Under the pieces are notes generated by a model, which was not told where the DNA came from, ran no database searches, and worked only from the letters and a program-made list of their open reading frames with translations. From Polymyxa betae A26-41 (Eukaryota > Protista > Endomyxa: Phytomyxea), in contig RBZT01000978.1 of NCBI GenBank assembly GCA_003693705.1, positions 4,659 to 68,658 on the forward strand: a stretch of DNA of 64,000 nt. The letters run 5' to 3'. The position numbers were made by a program, and so were the translations under genes. This document shows, piece after piece, positions 51,434-64,000 of this stretch. The stretch's first letter is position 1. Every line of letters starts with the position of its first letter.

Positions 51434-52843
51434 TTATAATCTGGTCTGCAACACTCGATGTCTCAAGACACCAATATGTAATTCCATCATACGAATCTCA
51501 TTACGTAATTCGACGAGAGCTCCACGAATACGTCTTAATGGGCTCATATCAGTCATGGAATCATTACGGCTATCAAGTTGACGCTTGGAAGATTCCAATT
51601 CTTCAGTCTTGGATGCCAAACTCTCATTTAACACATTCACCTCACTTGACAACCGACTGTACTCTTTCTTCATATCTTCAATCTACAAATCGATCAGTAA
51701 AATTCCCGAGAAGAAGTCAATAGAACAACACGAAATTACTTACAGCGGAATGCTGCTTCTGAAAATCTCCCACGAGATGAGAGAACTTCTCTTGAATATG
51801 CCTCTCTTGTGACTGAATTCTGCTTGTAATTTCAGCCATTTGAGTTCCGATTTTATTCAGCAACGTATTGAGATCTGGTGTTAACTCTCTCAGCAGCTGA
51901 TCATGCTTCACCATTGAATCAAGATGCGTGCGCCATTCCTTCGCTGCTCCCATTATCTTCATCTTTAACAGAGGTGCTACACGCTCCATCTCCAATTTCC
52001 ATTCTGCAGGATCCACCTATAGATCGCCAACATTCAGATTTGTCTCAGAGATAGCAAATATCTTACACTGGATTGCATAATAACGGCAGGCTTTAATTCA
52101 CCATCGTTGCCAGGTTCTAGGACGGGCTCACTGGCATAAAAGGCATCATATTGAGCATCGTCGTCATCATTATCACTTCCGCGATCGTCGTCCTCTATGT
52201 CACCACCAATTCGGAAATCGTCATCGATCTCGGTGCCAACCTTAACAATGGTGATTATCAGCAGACACAAAATAAAATCCAGATTACACTGTCTGAAGCA
52301 TTGTTTTGCTCTCTTGTCAGATGGTCGTACGACGGCTTTCGAATGCGAATGCTTTTGGCTCGTAGAGCCCGATCGATGACAAATTTTAGCAACGACAACA
52401 CATGAATGCCATAACCAGGTTTCAACTGATTAAAACAGGTTAAAAATGAAGAAAATTCAAGAGGATTACTGCCTCACTTTTGAAGCAGGAAAGTCGGCAG
52501 TAAAACCAAGCTTTGTGATTTCCAACAAGATGTTATTTGATGCTGTTGATGGATCATCGAACTCCCAATCGAGAAAATCGGCTTGACAGATTTTGAGAGC
52601 CCATGCGACTACAGCAGCAAAGCAAGGAAATGGTGAGATCTTGCCCGGCACCAAGAATATCGAATGGTCAAAGACAGGAAAGGATTTAGCAGAACAGAAC
52701 GAGGATTCATAATCTAATAGTTTCAGCTTGTCAATGATCTGGTCCATGAGAACATAACATTGACCATCGGGCCAATCTCCAGTAGCTGAACCACGACGCC
52801 GACCAGCAGGGGTGGGTCGCTGCTGATCATCTTCGTCCTCCAT
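51434..52843 (-). CDS. IFT57: Intraflagellar transport protein 57 (Hippi)
   Basis: DKLKLLDYE, EFDDPS, DFPASKLKPGYG, DPAEWKLEMERVAPLLK, KEWRTHL, MTDMSPLRRIR...EIRMMELHIGVL. Confidence 0.93.
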
Positions 52844-53143
52844 TTTTATGTCCCAATCTCTGTGATCGACATTCATGATCAGTACGGCACACAGGTCACA
52901 CAAGCGTATTGCAAAGACTCATTGAAAATTCTTATCTAAACAATGATTTAGACTTCAGTTATCAGGTCTGAATGCGATTGAGCTTGCTTCTTTAATCAAG
53001 AGTTCGATCTGACGTTGTAAGTTTTCAAAATGCTTGAGAAAAAGAAAGTTGATCCCCAAGAAAAGAGGAATGACAGAGAGTGGAGAAGAAAGATATACCT
53101 CGCAGCGGCGTAGCTTTCTAGAATCATCAACAAGATTGCAAAC

Positions 53144-53413
53144 AGATGTCCAGCTAATGTACCGGGCAACAGGTCCACTTTAAGAAAAGCTTCGGAAGGT
53201 TATTCGTGTTAAACTAACAAAAATAATGTAGAAGTTACAGCCCATGTTCCGGGAGAAGGGCATAATATACAAGAGTACTCAATTGCATTAGTCAGATCAG
53301 GTCGAGGAAGGGATTTACCTAGTATACGATATAAAGTTACTAAAAGGAAATATGATGCAATAGATGTTCAGCTAACAAACCGGGCACAGGTTCACTTATA
53401 AAAGGGAGCCTTC
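53144..53413 (+). repeat. Imperfect direct repeats of about 50 bp flanking the rps12 fragment
   Basis: agatgtccagctaatgtaccgggcaacaggtccactttaagaaaagcttc (53144-53193) versus agatgttcagctaacaaaccgggcacaggttcacttataaaagggagccttc (53362-53413). Confidence 0.8.
53190..53368 (+). pseudogene. rps12: Frameshifted fragment of mitochondrial/bacterial-type ribosomal protein S12 (probable NUMT)
   Basis: [10 protein letters not shown] (53190-53219), a frameshift in an A-run, then [49 protein letters not shown]. Matches the S12 core LRKV.RVRL...GEGHNLQEHS...RGGRVKDLPG. No start codon or N-terminus. Confidence 0.9.
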
Positions 53414-53826
53414 TCCTCTAGCCTGGAGGGATAACATAATTAAAGCACACCTATGCCACTAGAAGAGCTGAATCGGGGCGACCTCGAAATGGGGCTTGAA
53501 TGCTTTTCCTCTATGTCGATTCACCAAGTTGGGTACTTATTGAACCTCATGCTATAACGACAATTTGTAAAGTATGCGATGTTCGACTCCGATTTGGTTG
53601 CTAGTGGTTTCGAAGCGAATGTCGGGTGATGAATTTGAGAAAAGAGCGTCTTTTGTTGGGACAAAGTTTTCACTCATAAAACCGGTCTCGAATTTCCAGA
53701 AGAACAAGAATTAGTAACCAGTAAAAAATTGAACATAGCCAAAAGAATGAACTGTTCGGGAATCCCCAATCGAAAATAACAATGATATAGACAATTCTGT
53801 TTAGTGAAAAATGATATTGCAAATTA

Positions 53827-56800
53827 TCAAGCATAAACAGATGACACGATATTCTCGAATTCCTTTTGGTGGACACTAGCGAAACCAGTCGCAGGCGCAG
53901 CAGCAGTTGGTCGCCCGGCGTATTTCTAGAAATGAAGTCAGTACAAAAAGGACCAAATAAAACCGGATTACAATTTGCTGCCGTCCGATGGAGCGGAAAG
54001 CAGTTTGTAAGCGAGGCTTGACGTAACTCCAAGCACCCATATTCTTGGGCTCCTCTTGAGCCCAAATGATCTCCGCTTGTTGGTATCGATTAGCCTCATC
54101 AAGAACCAAGTCGAAAGGGAACGGGGAAATTTGTTCGATTCTGCAAAGGGCGACATCCGTTCTAGATTCCCCTTGCTCAAGCAGATCGTAATAAACCTTT
54201 CAACAAAAGCCATTAGAATATACGAAAGACAAACTGAAACGCAATGGCAAACCTTTCCTGAGCAAAATACAAGTTTCTTAACAGCCTCTGGATTCTGGAC
54301 AATTTGTGGACGGGATTCTTCGATGACCCTTCTAAACGTAGAATCACCTGACATCTCCTCTAGTGTTGATACGGCTCTCTTGTGACGAAGCAGGGATTTG
54401 GGATTCATCACAATCAGCGGTTTGCGGAACTGACGATGAATTTGTCGTCGGAGCACATGGAAATAATTTGCAGGAGTTGAGGGCATCACGACCTGCCAGT
54501 TGTTTTGTTGGATCTGTTTTCTCAGCTCGTCCTTCATCTCAGGAACTGTATCTTCGTCTTCAGCAGACATTTGAAGAAATCGTTCCAATCGTGCAGAACT
54601 ATGTTCAGGGCCCTGGCCTTCATATCCATGAGGTAAGAGAATTACCAAACCAGATTGCCTAAGCCATTTTGCTTCTCCACAGGAAATAAACTGATCGAAA
54701 ATAATTTGAGCACCTACAACCTCATAGGTAAGAGAGTAGAGCAGTAAAATCTGACCGTTGACCGTTTGCGAAATCTCCAAATTGAGCTTCCCATAACACC
54801 AATGCGTTAGGATTCTCAAGTGAATACCCCAACTCAAAGCCAAGAACTCCAAATTCACTCAAACTGGAATTGGAAACCGAAAAAGCGGCCTGGTTCGGAG
54901 ATAAGTTCGCTAAGGGGATATAAGGCTGACGATTGCCATCGATTTGGTCATGGAGCACAGCATGACGGTGAGAGAAAGTCCCACGCTCGACATCCTAGAC
55001 ACGCTATAAGAGAGGTGGGCAGTAAATGGCGGGCACATACCTGCCCACTCAAGCGCACATGACACTTTTCTAACAGAAGGCTACCGAATGCTAACGCCTC
55101 AGCAGTACCCCAGTCAAACCCTTGTTTAGTCTCAAACATTTTGGCTTTGGCATTGAGAATGTTTGAAAGTCGCCGGTGAATGTTGAAGTCTCCAGGAACA
55201 GAGCATAACCTGCAGAAAATAAACAAGATGTTCTTAAAAAAAATGTCATTACTTCTGGCCGATATTTTCTAAATCAGAACCTGAGACTCCAGTACTCTGA
55301 GGCTGGGAATGTTGAGAAGACCTCAAGAAACCTTCCCAGTTAGACGATAGCCAGTCAGAGGCGACAGAAACTCGTTCACGTGACTGTTCAAATGCTTCAT
55401 CGAGTTTCGTGCGTGCTCTGACAGATATCTAAACATGGTTCAGCAAAATAAACAATAGGAGAAACAAAATCGAACAGCATCGGCCTCATCAGCAGAAACA
55501 ATGTTTCGAGTTTCCAAATTCTTTCTGTAAGTATCCAATACAGAGCTCATTTGGCCAATCTGACGGTACATCAGAGGCTGGGTGAACCTGAAAATGCTCA
55601 GTTTAATGATGGAGAGGACTTTCAATGCTTACATGGGTTCGTCAATTTCGTTATGACCGAACTTTCGGTAGCAAACCACGTCAATAACAACATCACGGCC
55701 AAATCTAAAAAAAAAAATGTTAAACTGGCAAGCGATTTAAGAGATAAACTACTTCTGGCGCCAGGCTGCAGCAAGCTGATGCACTCGCGTAACCGCCTCA
55801 ACGTCGTTTCCATTCACATGAAAGACAGGAGCATTAAATGCTTTGGCTAAATCGCTGCAATAGGCAGATGAACGCGACCTACAGTAGTTACAAATTGAGA
55901 AATGATCCAAAGCAGAGCACAGAGATGTACTTGGTAGGGTCTGTGGTAAACCCAATTTGATTGTTGACAATGATGTGGATCGTGCCGCCAACAGAATAAC
56001 TGGGCAGATCAGTAAAACCCATCGTTTCATAAACAACTCCTTGTCCAGCGAAAGCAGCGTCACCATGAAGAAGTAAGGGTAAGACTTTGGACTTGTCTAG
56101 AAATAAGTTAAGATAAACTTCTTAAAAAGAAGCAGAGTAACAACCCATATTAAACTTATAGAATTGCTTGGCACGAGCTTTGCCCATAACAACAGGATTG
56201 ACAGCTTCAAGATGAGAGGGATTTGCAAGTAAACTGAGATGGACATTTCCACCGCCAATGACAGGCCGATTAAATGACATCCCTAAATGATACTTGACAT
56301 CACCGCTTCCTGAGCCTGAATAAGATAAAAGAAATGGAGCATAAATGTTTAAACCTTCAAATTCAGAAATTGAGCCGCCTCCAGAGAATTCAGCAAAGAT
56401 CTGCTTAAGTGGTTTCCGAACAACGTTCGCAAGCACATTCAGACGTCCTCGATGGGGCATTCCCATAACGACATCAGTTACCCCTAACATCAAATAAAAT
56501 AAATTTTAGCGAGAAAAGAGCATTTAACCAAACCGTTATGATGCGCATGGTCGATCAATTGCTTCATTCCAGGAATAACCGCCTCTGCACCTTCCAGGCC
56601 AAATCGTTTAGCCGTCGACCATTTGTTAGCCAAAAAACGCTCGAAATGATCCGCCCAGATCAAGCGATCCAAAATCCGCTCACTTTCCGACTTTGTGAAT
56701 GCAAAGGGTTCGGCCAGCTCGATATTGTCGCGGATCCAGTTGCATAGGTCTAAGCAAGCACGTCACTCACAGCCCAACGGCAAGATATTTGCAAAAATAT

Positions 56801-57489
56801 ACCTGTGCTTGGAATATGCATGTACTCGAAGCCAATATGCCTCGTATATGCGTCTTTCAGTTGTTGGAGCAGAGTTTTTAGCTTGATAGGAGGACGTGCA
56901 GGATCGTGGAATCCTGAATCCAACACTTATGGAGAGAAAAATTTTACAACTGTTTCCCCAACCTTTCAGGCCCTTCACGCGAATATCAACCACACGATCA
57001 AGATCGCTTTCGGAAATCCCAAAGCGGGCAAGATTGAACTCGTTCTGAGCAATTATCTTCCGGTCAATGCCATGCTGTGTTAAGCCCAATGGATCTACCA
57101 AATCTAAAAAAAGGAAGAGAAATATGAACAAGCATTGAAGACCTAGCTTCGCCGAATAATGTCCACGAACTTGATAAGCCCTGATCAATTGTGTTACTTT
57201 AACAGCAAGATCATCAAACGAACGGTCAGTGGGGACAGGGGCTAGGAAGAAAATTCATTAATCTGAGGCATGGGCGATTTCCATATGTCTAACTCTGATT
57301 CTTTCCAGAAACCGGTGCGATTGCAAACTGGCCAGTTCTGAAGTATGCATCCCAAGAAGCATGAACTGAATTCGGGTCCTTTTTCCAGCTCTCGAACATT
57401 GCTTCCATGTAAGTAGCATTCCCTCCCTGAAATACTGACAGAAGCCGGCGGCCGGCAACGGCACGATATGACGCCTTTCGTATCCACAT
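53827..57489 (-). CDS. OGDH: 2-oxoglutarate dehydrogenase E1, mitochondrial
   Basis: [113 protein letters not shown]. Confidence 0.97.
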
Positions 57490-58077
57490 AATACTAGCGA
57501 GGATCGTCATTCGGCCTGTCTGTCTTCCCAGGAAGCACTTTGGCTTTCTGTAATTTCAGAGATAACTTTGGCAGAAAAGAGGAATGACAGAAAGCCGGGG
57601 AACGAGACAGGATCGGCGTAGCCTCATCCCCGGCACATCAGTCATCATGTAAACTCGAGTGAGGTAACATAATCATGTTTCATGACCACATCTATCTCAT
57701 CCATATTCTCTCCATCTACAAAAGTCCTTTTTCCTGTTGTATGCTGATGAAAATTGAGAGACTTACGGGAATCATGAAATATCCTGGCAATGAAGCTTAA
57801 AATTGATTTTTGTCCCGCAAGCCTGATTACGACTCTATACAGACTTTGAAATTTCGATAAAAATTATGTTTGAATGCACAATAATAACATTGAATAGAGA
57901 TTGCGGTTGTGCCTTACTTCATTCCATGATGACAATATTTTATGTTTCACTTAACCTGAAAAAAAACTGATCCAGCATGAATCTGTAATAGAGCCTGATC
58001 CACTTTCTATCCATCAGGTAACCATTGTGTTTTCCGGTCTCGGCCTTCAGCGCATAATCCAGTGAAGTGTGAACCTC

Positions 58078-58446
58078 ATGGATCATTGTCAGCACCCAAA
58101 CGAGATCGTCGACGATGTCAACCTAGCATTCAACCAGCAAGCGTATACGTCGATCCAGGTCTTAGTTTCGATTGTGTCTGGATGCTTGTGCGGTTTGCTG
58201 GGTCTAACAAGTTTGCTGGGGCTTGCGTTCTTCATCGTCACCTATCTAATCACATCGCTCTACGTTATCTTGCATACAGGACCGAATTTTCACAAGTACT
58301 TTTTGTCAATACTGTCAATGATAAAATCGGGAATTTCGCAATCTGCAATGGTACGTCTCTTTCAAATGAAGTTCTTCGTTTTAATTACCTCATAGACGTT
58401 TGTCTTGTTCTGGACTTTAATATTTAATATGATCTATGTCTACTAA
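58078..58446 (+). CDS. EMC6: ER membrane complex subunit 6
   Basis: SIVSGCLCGLLGLTSLLGLAFF; the spliced last exon TFVLFWTLIFNMIYVY* matches the EMC6 C-terminus. Confidence 0.88.
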
Positions 58447-58662
58447 ATATCTTAGACTATTAATCACTGTAAGATAATATAATTACGAGTTTACAGCAAC
58501 GATGGCGTCAGCTCTAGTCGCTCATCCGTGAGAATAACGGCTTAGGTCGATATTATCTCTCTGACAGAAATTTGGCATCCTTCTTATCGTTGCTAGTATC
58601 GGTTTCGGTAATCGTACAACTATAGATAGAATGTGCCGAGATTTAGGTGTTCATCTGCAGCG

Positions 58663-60369
58663 ATGCCACCGAATCATGGCGCTTCCCGTCTCAGATCCAG
58701 AGTACTCGAGATCATCCTCGACGACCCATCAAACTCTCTACTGATATTTCTCTCAGACTCCGTCACGAATGACCAATCTTGACTCTCTCAATAGCGATAT
58801 ATTTATTTTGATAAGTCTATTTCTTAGTGATGAGGTGGATGGCTTTTGGATTTGCGTGCGATTGTCGTTTAACGGTTGTTCAGGAAGTGTGTGCTTTGTT
58901 CCAATCAAGTCGGGCAGTTGAAAGATTGAGCAGATTACCAGGCTTTTGGAAGGTTAAAACTCCCATGATTGTAATATGTTTTCACAAGGTTGCAGGCACG
59001 ATCGTTAGTTTTCATGCCGGCTCTGCAATCATCAGCCATAGTCAGTGTTTTTCATCGAGAGATTGTTATCGATGGATTCCCTCTGGCTCCTTTTTATTGG
59101 CGCGATCGATATCGCTCAGCACGAATGCTACAGCCAAAAGGACTGCTAGTTTCGTCCGATCTCCTCTCCTGGTTCGACGTATCAAATTTGCCAGAATCAA
59201 CTCTTTCGAAACCGCCACTAAAATCCGACCCCGAATTAGATTCAGAGTTAGGTGAAGGTTCGGAACAAAACGCTCCTGGTGCTTTCTTACAACACTTTTT
59301 GCACCGAATCTTGCACCCGAACGACGATGCGATGGCAATTAATTTCGATGTTCCTGTTGGAGAGAATAATACGGGCGCTGACGAAAATCGGGCTGAGGAT
59401 AACTCTGCACGCGCGACTCATGATCGAGCTTTATCCTTACAACAACTGATTCGCATTCGGTCGAACCCAATCGCTCTTCAAGAGAATTCCCAATTCTTAC
59501 ATGGGCGTCTAGTCACTGTCAACAAATTAATCCCGTCGTCATCCCGAGCGAGGAAATGGGCTCTGACACATAGCAAGTATGGCAATAACAGGCTTTTCAC
59601 CATAGCGTATTAATATTGATTAGGGATCCTATTCAGAAGTTAGCACGATATCATCGATATGGCATGTTCTGGTACGTTATGTTGCCTGATTACTGTTTTC
59701 AGAGCCTTTATATGGCTAAAGCCCTTAAGGTTACAGATCGAACATGACGATATGTCGTTTCGGGCCGATAAACCATTCCTGCGGCCATCGTGCGGCTGGA
59801 TTCCGGGTGGTGGCCAAATTTCTGTCATTTCCTACTTCGAATGCACTGTCCTTCGGCAACCAATGGCAGTCGGCATCGGGCTCTGCGATGAACGATTCCA
59901 TTCCAGAACGCCCGGTGTTTTTATCGGGTGGCCGGCGTCTCCTGGTGCCAGCTATGGATTCCACGGCGATGATGGGCTCAAGTTTCACAATGACGGCCGG
60001 GGCCAAGTATGAGTTCTGTTAATCCAGGAAAGTTTCCCTCAATTTGACATGGTCTAGGAATACAGCGGCCCGTATGGAGCTGGTGATACAATTGGTTGTG
60101 GTCTCGATTGGGCACGGGCTTCGATTTTTTTCACCAAAAACGGCGAGTATCTTGGCGAGGCATTTCGCGACGTTTATATTGAGCCCGGGGCGAAGTGGTT
60201 TCCCACCGTCAGTCTGAAACACATTCTGTCCAGGCGACCTAGCGCTTTGAAGGGCGATGATTTTGAAGATGATGACGCAACCGATGCAATTTCGTTTAAT
60301 TCTGGAATGCAAGGAATCCCATTCGTTTACAATTTGGAGAAACACAGCGCCACCATTGGTCATAGCTAA
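58663..60369 (+). CDS. SPRY-domain protein (RanBP9/SSH4-like SPRY), possibly with an N-terminal F-box-like segment
   Basis: SYFECTV, VGIGL, FIGW, SYGFHGDDGLKF, YSGPYGAGDTIGCG, IFFTKNGEYLGEAF, WFPTVSL. The start and 5' exons are uncertain. Confidence 0.82.
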
Positions 60370-60529
60370 TGCTGGCTAGCTCCTTGAATGAATACTGCTT
60401 TTATCTATTATTAATATCACAGACGTTCGTTATAATTAATTGTGTCAAAAAACCTTCCGTTAAATATACCATGATGAGTATGCTGCTGAATCTGAAGGAT
60501 TTCTGTACTATTGTATTTCTTGGGATGAG

Positions 60530-61624
60530 TTATCTGACACGATTTATCATGTAATTGACGAAATCCAGTAATGCGACAATTTCCGACTGAGCCAGACAAG
60601 CAATCTCTCTGGGTGTAGATATGATATCATGTTCCGATATTGGTACAGCCATCCAGACTCGAGCCCGAACAGCTAACAGAAGTTGTTGACCAGACGATTG
60701 TGGACCTCCAGGAACAGTAATATCTGCTAGTCGATACGGATGTTGGGTAAGTTCATCTTCCATTAACAGACTAGCTGCAGCTTCCGCCGCGCTCCCAATC
60801 GCGTTCATGTTCATTTGCTCTAACATCATGGTTGAAGATATTCTGACTCAATCAACGAATACCTCCATACCTCGAAATGATGAATGCTGTGACGAATTTA
60901 GCCTCAATATTCTATAGCAGCAAAGATTAGACGCCTTCTGTTGTGGACTGATAGGATCGGGCTTTGTTGAGGGTCTCCAGCAGCAACTCCAGAGCTGTGT
61001 CCGCCTTCGAACTGGAACATGTTCTACTATAACCGAGGTCATAGCGACATTGCCATGCCGATACTGATCAGATAAGAATCCAGGCTTGACAGGATGAGAT
61101 GCCTCTGATATGATAATCCAGGCGGGACATCGAGGGAGTCGCAGGCCCACGTTCTCGGCCAGGTAGATTTCCATAGCTGGAAACAGCTCACGTTGTACGA
61201 GCTTCCTGAAAGCTTTGCCCTGGTCCAGGCCTTGAACATATTGCAGATAAAGTTCAAGCAATTCGCGGCAGATTAGACGTCGGGTTTTGGCATGAATGCA
61301 GGATGGAAAGAAGACTGCTGATAGTGTTGCTGTACGATTATCCAGAGCTAAATCTAAGGCCAAGTCGGGCGTCTCTAGACGTGGTAAGGCGAGCCCAAGC
61401 GATTCCTGGTTGGGATCCAGAGCGGCTGCATTCCTGCATAGAGCGAATAGCAAGCCGCTGACATAGAGCGGATCTAGGTCTGGGCCTTCTATATAAAATT
61501 AAATAGTGATAGGCAGGGAGATGGATATCGACAGACCTGGACGATTAAAACCGAATTGAGGTGTGATCTGCAATGATGACAGCAACTTGCCGGTGTTCAG
61601 ATCGACTATCAGGTATCCATGCAT
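60530..61624 (-). CDS. Hypothetical protein with longin-like N-terminus
   Basis: MHGYLIVDLNTGKLLSSL...(intron)...VSGLLFALCRNA...ELLELYLQYV follows a beta-beta-alpha longin-like pattern; three exons. Confidence 0.5.
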
Positions 61625-62121
61625 GCCGAGGTCATAACGATCTGGGATCTGTACCTGGTGACGAGCTGTTCCTCATGACACAGTTTGACATATAAAAGTA
61701 CCCAGAGCGGTGGCGTGATTGCAGATTCAAGCGGAAATCCCGCATGAGTGATAATTCCCATCTCCCACCGAGGCGTGATTCCTGGCGTTTGAAATCTTTG
61801 CAGCATGATGGCGTGGGTGAAATTCGACACATGCAATACTGCATAGCTATTCTTGTACTATTTTATAACAAACGTCAAACAATTGAGTTAGATTACATTC
61901 AGTAAATCCCTTACTCTAGTTAGTTTCAAAGGACTGTCACAATGAGCATAATAGCACCATTCGGTAGATAACAATCAGGTTATAATAGATCATCTGTAGA
62001 TTAATCAATAGAAGATCAGCACAGACACCTGAGAACACGTTCTCCAGCGATGATTTCAACAGTGGTATAACAAACGCAACAAATTATATTACAAAAACCT
62101 TGCATTCGTAGACGTTAGGGT

Positions 62122-63187
62122 TTAGGGTTTCGTTGACGCTATTGAAACGGGAAATTCGCTAACATATACTGGATCGCAATGGAATCCGGATGCATGATAG
62201 ATGTCTGGGACAGAGGTAATAATGGAAACCGTTGGATCAGATTTACGAAGACGTTGAGCACTGGAGCGGATTCTTAGCAAAATCTGTTGCTGATGATGGT
62301 CAACTTTAGTCGAAGTGCCCAACTTGACACATTTCGGAACCGTTTGAGACAATCGGTAGCTGATTGATACTCATTAGAGGTCAGCAGTGCTGATTTACGT
62401 GAACTAGTGCAAAACAAATGCAAATGCTTTAGAGACAATGTCTAGATCCTGATGTTCACATCAGCGTTTTTGCTGGAAATTATGCATATCGGTTCTTTGC
62501 CAGTATGATAGGCAGATACGTAGACGATATAAGAGCACGGCATCAATAATGTTTATTGCTCAATTATAGCCAGTATATTCCGAACTGTCTCAGTAGCTAT
62601 ATATGGCCTAATCTTCAGACAATACTTTCTGGTGTTATCGATATCATTTATATCGAAAACCAATTGATGCGCATTGCGATATAAATCGGATCTTGGGAAT
62701 TAGCCGTCCGCCGTACCTGCCCCAGATCCCAAGATGTATAGACCGATCATCTAGTCGGTTTAATAATTCGATATCACGTTCTGGTCCCACTGGACCACGA
62801 CCTTGGTAGTTGTGTGTTTGTCCTGCCGGGCCAGTATGGTCCTTCGATAAGATTGTCATCGAATGTCATCCGATGCGGATCGATGGTAAGAATACGTTCC
62901 TGTTCTGGATCTTTATATGAATATGCAAATCTATATGAAAATGATGGTTTTATTTATGTTCTTTGTGTGATGAAAACTCGGTACATTGAAAACTGTGCTA
63001 AATGATAGCTGGATCTGCGATCTAATGTTTATAGACTTGGTAGTTATAATATGCAGGTAACTGGGACAAGGGAGGAGTGCTGCTACAAGACATTCTTGAT
63101 AGTATTGTGCCAAGCCAGTCAGTCTTACCACCAAGGAAGATGTTATCGCAATTCACCAAGACGGAAGGTGGTTGCGGGCATCCCATT
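62122..63187 (-). CDS. Probable multi-exon hypothetical gene, structure unresolved
   Basis: Several short minus-strand ORFs separated by GT-AG-bounded 45-55 nt gaps; no single consistent frame could be assembled by hand. Confidence 0.3.
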
Positions 63188-63321
63188 TCAAATTTTGTTT
63201 TTGAACTGAAGAAAGAACCATGCAAGCGCATGCCATGGCCAATGGTCCTCGAGAGGTCAGCCGGGAGCCACTAAGCTAGTTTGAATGTTTTAGTAAATAT
63301 GCAATAATGACAATTAGTATG

Positions 63322-63374
63322 AGCTGCCTGCGTAGTATCAGCGGAGCAGCTGCCTGCGTAGTATCAGCGGAGCA
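63322..63374. repeat. Perfect 26-bp tandem duplication upstream of PIG-P
   Basis: agctgcctgcgtagtatcagcggagc x2. Confidence 0.95.
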
Positions 63375-63436
63375 CGTTCAGCTCATACCATACACAGGTC
63401 GTTGTGCTCTGTCTTGGACTTACAATTGTTAGTCCC

Positions 63437-64000
63437 ATGTCCGATACAGCTCTTGAACGTCAACATCAAGACCCGCCGGCTGCCGCTCTAACAGTGGATC
63501 CAGCTGCACCTAATGCCAAAGGCGAAGTGGCTGGATTTGCCATCTGGATCACGTCTTACGTGGCATTCTGTACTCAGAATTTGGCTTTCAGCAAACTGTC
63601 AATCTAATCCTGAAATATAGTTCTATTTCTATTATGGGCATTTATACCTGAACGATTCCTTCATAGAGTTGGTGTCTATTATTACCCATCAAAGTATCTA
63701 ATCTTGAATCTGTTTTGTACTTTTACTTGGGCCACCTTGTCTTCAGTATTGAACTTGGCGACAGTATTCTAACTAATGTGATTAGGTATTGGGCTCTATC
63801 AGTACCAGCTTACGTCTGTAGTACTGTTTTCTGTCTGTTCATTCTTTATATCGGATCCAATCTCTATATGACCAATCCACTCGAGTCTCGACTCACATAC
63901 ACAGGTCGGACAGGGCCAGTACGTCGGTCGTTTTTATCGCCCACTCAGCTCGTGCTGCAGACAAATTCTCGGTGCCTATGACAAGGAAGCCTCGACAGAG
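63437..64000 (+). CDS. PIGP: GPI-GlcNAc transferase subunit PIG-P (3'-partial)
   Basis: EVAGFAIWITS...LLWAFIPERFLHRVGVYYYPSKYWALSVPAY...NLYMTNPL; three GT-AG introns. Confidence 0.92.

Noticed and set aside
49423-52843. Ciliary gene cluster (ODA-DC subunit next to IFT57)
   Set aside because: Two adjacent ciliary genes in a gene-dense flagellate genome are expected by chance without synteny evidence.
2280-60363. Many antisense or alternate-frame ORFs in the track (e.g. 2280-2513, 14209-14493, 36528-36857, 41118-41507, 54056-54385, 60019-60363)
   Set aside because: They are shadows of well-supported genes on the other strand or frame and have no motifs of their own.
62115-62130. TTAGGGTTTAGGGTTT telomere-like motif
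   Set aside because: Only two units, overlapping an ORF stop; compatible with chance.
1-64000. Alternative genetic code or stop readthrough as the cause of ORF fragmentation
   Set aside because: The breaks examined in conserved genes are explained by short introns under the standard code.

Overview
Gene-dense eukaryotic nuclear DNA with many short (about 40-60 nt) spliceosomal introns. Almost all are GT-AG with a very loose donor consensus, and one is clearly GC-AG. IFT81, IFT57 and an outer-dynein-arm docking subunit imply a flagellated organism. An ion-channel/adenylyl-cyclase fusion plus the compact gene and intron style suggest a protist, possibly a phytomyxid/plasmodiophorid (inference only). 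About 30 protein genes were reconstructed by hand-splicing the ORF fragments. Most notable observations: (1) a voltage-sensor/adenylyl-cyclase fusion with both metal-binding aspartates replaced (D>H, D>E) while the partner-side residues are kept, suggesting a pseudo-cyclase or obligate heterodimer subunit; (2) a frameshifted mitochondrial-type rps12 fragment, absent from the ORF track, between about 50-bp imperfect direct repeats; (3) a double Zn2Cys6 + PAS-like transcription factor carrying an 83-bp frameshifting tandem duplication that a new intron could rescue; (4) a decayed IS630/Tc1 transposase; (5) a two-pore channel with nearly uncharged S4 segments; (6) a kinesin stalk built from 53-aa repeats; (7) a pair of secreted, GPI-anchor-like surface proteins in a compositionally distinct left 14.5 kb. 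No tRNA, rRNA or CRISPR array was recognised. All family calls come from recalled motifs, not database searches.
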